This document shows positions 22,953 to 24,707 of a DNA stretch of 24,707 nucleotides, in pieces. The first letter of the stretch is position 1. Each line of letters opens with the position of its first letter. The stretch comes from Candidatus Hadarchaeota archaeon. Its GTDB lineage: Archaea; Hadarchaeota; Hadarchaeia; Hadarchaeales; Hadarchaeaceae. The DNA is taken from NCBI GenBank assembly GCA_040755315.1, contig JBFMBF010000017.1:1-24707 (forward strand), read 5' to 3'. Position numbers and translations under genes: made by a program. The notes below the pieces were generated by a model. It worked only from the letters and a program-made list of their open reading frames with translations. It was not told the origin of the DNA and made no database searches.

Positions 22953-23831
22953 ATGGTTACTGCAGAGTTGGGTAATGTCAAAGTTGGGGACGGGTGGCCA
23001 GTCGCGGTTATGGGAGTCATCAACCTTGGCGCGGACTCCTTTTACCGCGGTTCGATCATGGGCTTCAAACAGGCCGCGGCGCGAGCAGAGGGGATGGTGA
23101 ACGAGGGGGCGGCGATAGTCGATGTCGGGGCTATGGCGACCGGGCCGCACGCGAGGCCGATTTCCGCCGAACTTGAGGTGAAGAAGCTGACGCCGGTTAT
23201 CAAGGCGATTGCCCGCGAACTTGACATCACGATATCTGTGGACACTCAAAGGGCCGAGGTGGCCGAAGCAGCCATCGAGGCTGGGGCCTCGGTGATTAAC
23301 GACGTGAGCGGGCTGAAGGCCGACCCGAGGATGGCCGAAACAATAGCTAACCACGGATGCTCGGCGATCTTGATGGCCACCGAGAGGGCCCCAGGAGATG
23401 TTTATGAGGTTGACGAAATCAGGCGCGTCTTAGTGAAAAGTCTTGAAATATGTAAAAATCATAGAGTCCCATTCAAAAAAGTTGTTCTTGACCCTGCGGT
23501 CGGCTACTGGCCAGCGAGGCTGAAGCGGCTGGGGCAAAAAGCTTGGGGTCGGCCGAAAGGCGTGGGTTACCCCTACGCTGCTTTCTTAGACCTGAGGATA
23601 ATCGCCAAGCTTCAGGAGTTCAGGAAAATCGGGAGGCCCATCTGCGTTGGAGTCTCTAGAAAATCATTTCTGGGGGCCGTGCTCGGCATGAAAGACCCCG
23701 CGCAAAGGCTTGTAGGGTCTCTCGCGGCCAGCACCATAGCAGTCTTCAATGGGGCAGATGTCCTGAGGGCACACGACCCCGCGGAAACGCTGCAGGCCGC
23801 GCGGATAGCCGAAGTGGTAAGACGGTTGTAA
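22953..23831 (+). CDS. folP: Dihydropteroate synthase family protein
   Basis: VMGVIN...DSFY, VDVGAMAT.P, ISVDT, INDVSG, VLDP.VG, GVSRKSF, LRAHD; TTTTAA at 22923-22928 upstream. Confidence 0.9.
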   Translation: MVTAELGNVKVGDGWPVAVMGVINLGADSFYRGSIMGFKQAAARAEGMVNEGAAIVDVGAMATGPHARPISAELEVKKLTPVIKAIARELDITISVDTQRAEVAEAAIEAGASVINDVSGLKADPRMAETIANHGCSAILMATERAPGDVYEVDEIRRVLVKSLEICKNHRVPFKKVVLDPAVGYWPARLKRLGQKAWGRPKGVGYPYAAFLDLRIIAKLQEFRKIGRPICVGVSRKSFLGAVLGMKDPAQRLVGSLAASTIAVFNGADVLRAHDPAETLQAARIAEVVRRL

Positions 23832-23832
23832 C

Positions 23833-24579
23833 ATGGAACTTTTTGGACTCTCCATCCCGCTAGTAAAGCCGGGAGATGACTTGCCAAGACTGCTTGTGAT
23901 GGCGGCTAAGGATGCTGGAGGCCTCGAAAAAGGAGACATCTTGGTGGTTTCTTCGAAAGTGGTGGCCACTGCGGAGGGAAGGATGGTCGAGCTTTCAAAG
24001 GTAAAACCGTCGAAAAAAGCGAGGCTGCTGGGGGTGGAGACCAAGCTCCCCCCGGAGTTTGTTGAAGTGGTTCTGAATGAGGCGGACAGGGTACTCGGTC
24101 ACGTTGAGGGTGCAATATTGACTGTTAAAAGTGGTGTGCTGAGCGCTAACGCTGGGGCTGACCAGTCAAACGTGCCACGAGGATTTGCCGTGCTGATGCC
24201 CAAGGACCCTGATGGCTCTGCTGAGAAAATCAGGCGGGCGGTTCTCAAGAGGCTCGGGGCAAAAGTGGGCGTCGTGATCTCCGACAGCAGCGTCAAGCCG
24301 CTGAGGCTTGGAACCGTCGGGCAGGCTGTCGGCGTGGCTGGCTTCGAGCCTGTGGTCGACTGCCGCGGCCAGCCTGACCTCTACGGGCGGCGGCTCAAGA
24401 TTACCTTCCAGGCTGTCGCTGACCAGCTGGCCACCGCGGTGCAGCTGTTGATGGGAGAGGGCGCGGAAAAAATCCCGGCCGTGGTAGTGCGCGGCTCTGG
24501 AGTAAAGACTGTTGAAAAACCAAAAAGTTCTCCGAAAGTTCCGCTGAAAAAAGACATCTATTCAAAACTGTTCAAATAG
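23833..24579 (+). CDS. cofE: CofE-family gamma-glutamyl ligase (F420-0:L-glutamate ligase-like)
   Basis: PLVKPGDDL, GDILVVSSKVV..AEG, ANAGADQSN, P.DPD.SA, VVISDS...PLRLG..G.A.G, GQPDLYGR.L..T...VADQLA, GEG.E..P.VVVRG. Confidence 0.9.
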   Translation: MELFGLSIPLVKPGDDLPRLLVMAAKDAGGLEKGDILVVSSKVVATAEGRMVELSKVKPSKKARLLGVETKLPPEFVEVVLNEADRVLGHVEGAILTVKSGVLSANAGADQSNVPRGFAVLMPKDPDGSAEKIRRAVLKRLGAKVGVVISDSSVKPLRLGTVGQAVGVAGFEPVVDCRGQPDLYGRRLKITFQAVADQLATAVQLLMGEGAEKIPAVVVRGSGVKTVEKPKSSPKVPLKKDIYSKLFK

Positions 24580-24580
24580 G

Positions 24581-24665
24581 TGGGCCCGCGGGGATTCGAA
24601 CCCCGGTAACTACCGATCCCAGACTTCTTGTGAGGGTAGTGTCTTAACCACTGGACCACGGGCCC
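24581..24665 (-). tRNA. tRNA-Val(CAC) with a 13-nt intron at position 37/38 (24616-24628)
   Basis: GGGCCCG TG GTCC AGTGGTTA AGAC A CTACC CT-CAC-A[AGAAGTCTGGGAT]C GGTAG TTAC CGGGG TTCGAAT CCCCG CGGGCCC A. BHB has central helix CUCA/UGGG and bulges CAA and AUC; A73. Confidence 0.93.
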
Positions 24666-24686
24666 AAAATCAACTTGTGGCGTTGG

Positions 24687-24694
24687 TTATAAAA
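24687..24694 (-). promoter_or_regulatory. TATA box of tRNA-Val
   Basis: TTTTATAA on the minus strand, 22-29 nt upstream of the tRNA 5' end. Confidence 0.6.
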
Positions 24695-24707
24695 TTGGAG
24701 GTGCTAG

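Noticed and set aside
226..24296. Numerous 60-200 aa alternative-frame and antisense ORFs in the track (e.g. 5940-6560, 16520-17065, 22337-22948)
   Set aside because: They overlap well-supported genes, lack family motifs, and are expected shadows of GC-rich coding sequence.
24697..24707. GGAGGTG Shine-Dalgarno at the window end
   Set aside because: It probably belongs to a gene starting beyond the window; nothing can be called.

Overview
Archaeal chromosomal segment. The evidence is an archaeosine tRNA-guanine transglycosylase, an intron-containing tRNA-Val with a BHB motif, a CofE-family ligase and TATA-type promoters. The gene mix suggests an anaerobic euryarchaeal-like lineage such as Hadarchaeota; this is inference only. 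The first 11.5 kb is one giant, 5'-open, probably extracellular protein. It is built from a recurring Ig-like scaffold repeat with whole foreign domains nested inside its loops (7-blade SBBP-type propeller, lectin-like folds, DUF2341, unknown domains) and ends in a Gln/Gly-rich tail. Then follow tgtA, a 380-nt intergenic region, hisF/hisH, a eukaryote-like topoisomerase IB, a cyclase plus Lrp regulator, a PEPCK-aminotransferase-Re-citrate-synthase-like operon, a standalone CARF protein, folP-cofE and tRNA-Val(CAC). The strongest candidate for an undescribed system is the 13062-13440 intergenic region. It holds a tRNA-shaped RNA with an aberrant anticodon arm, flanked by two related minus-strand units, each with a TATA-like box, an antisense segment, a hairpin and an oligo-U run. 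In the upstream unit, every substitution against the tRNA 5' half preserves G-U pairing, as expected for a trans-acting antisense or guide RNA.
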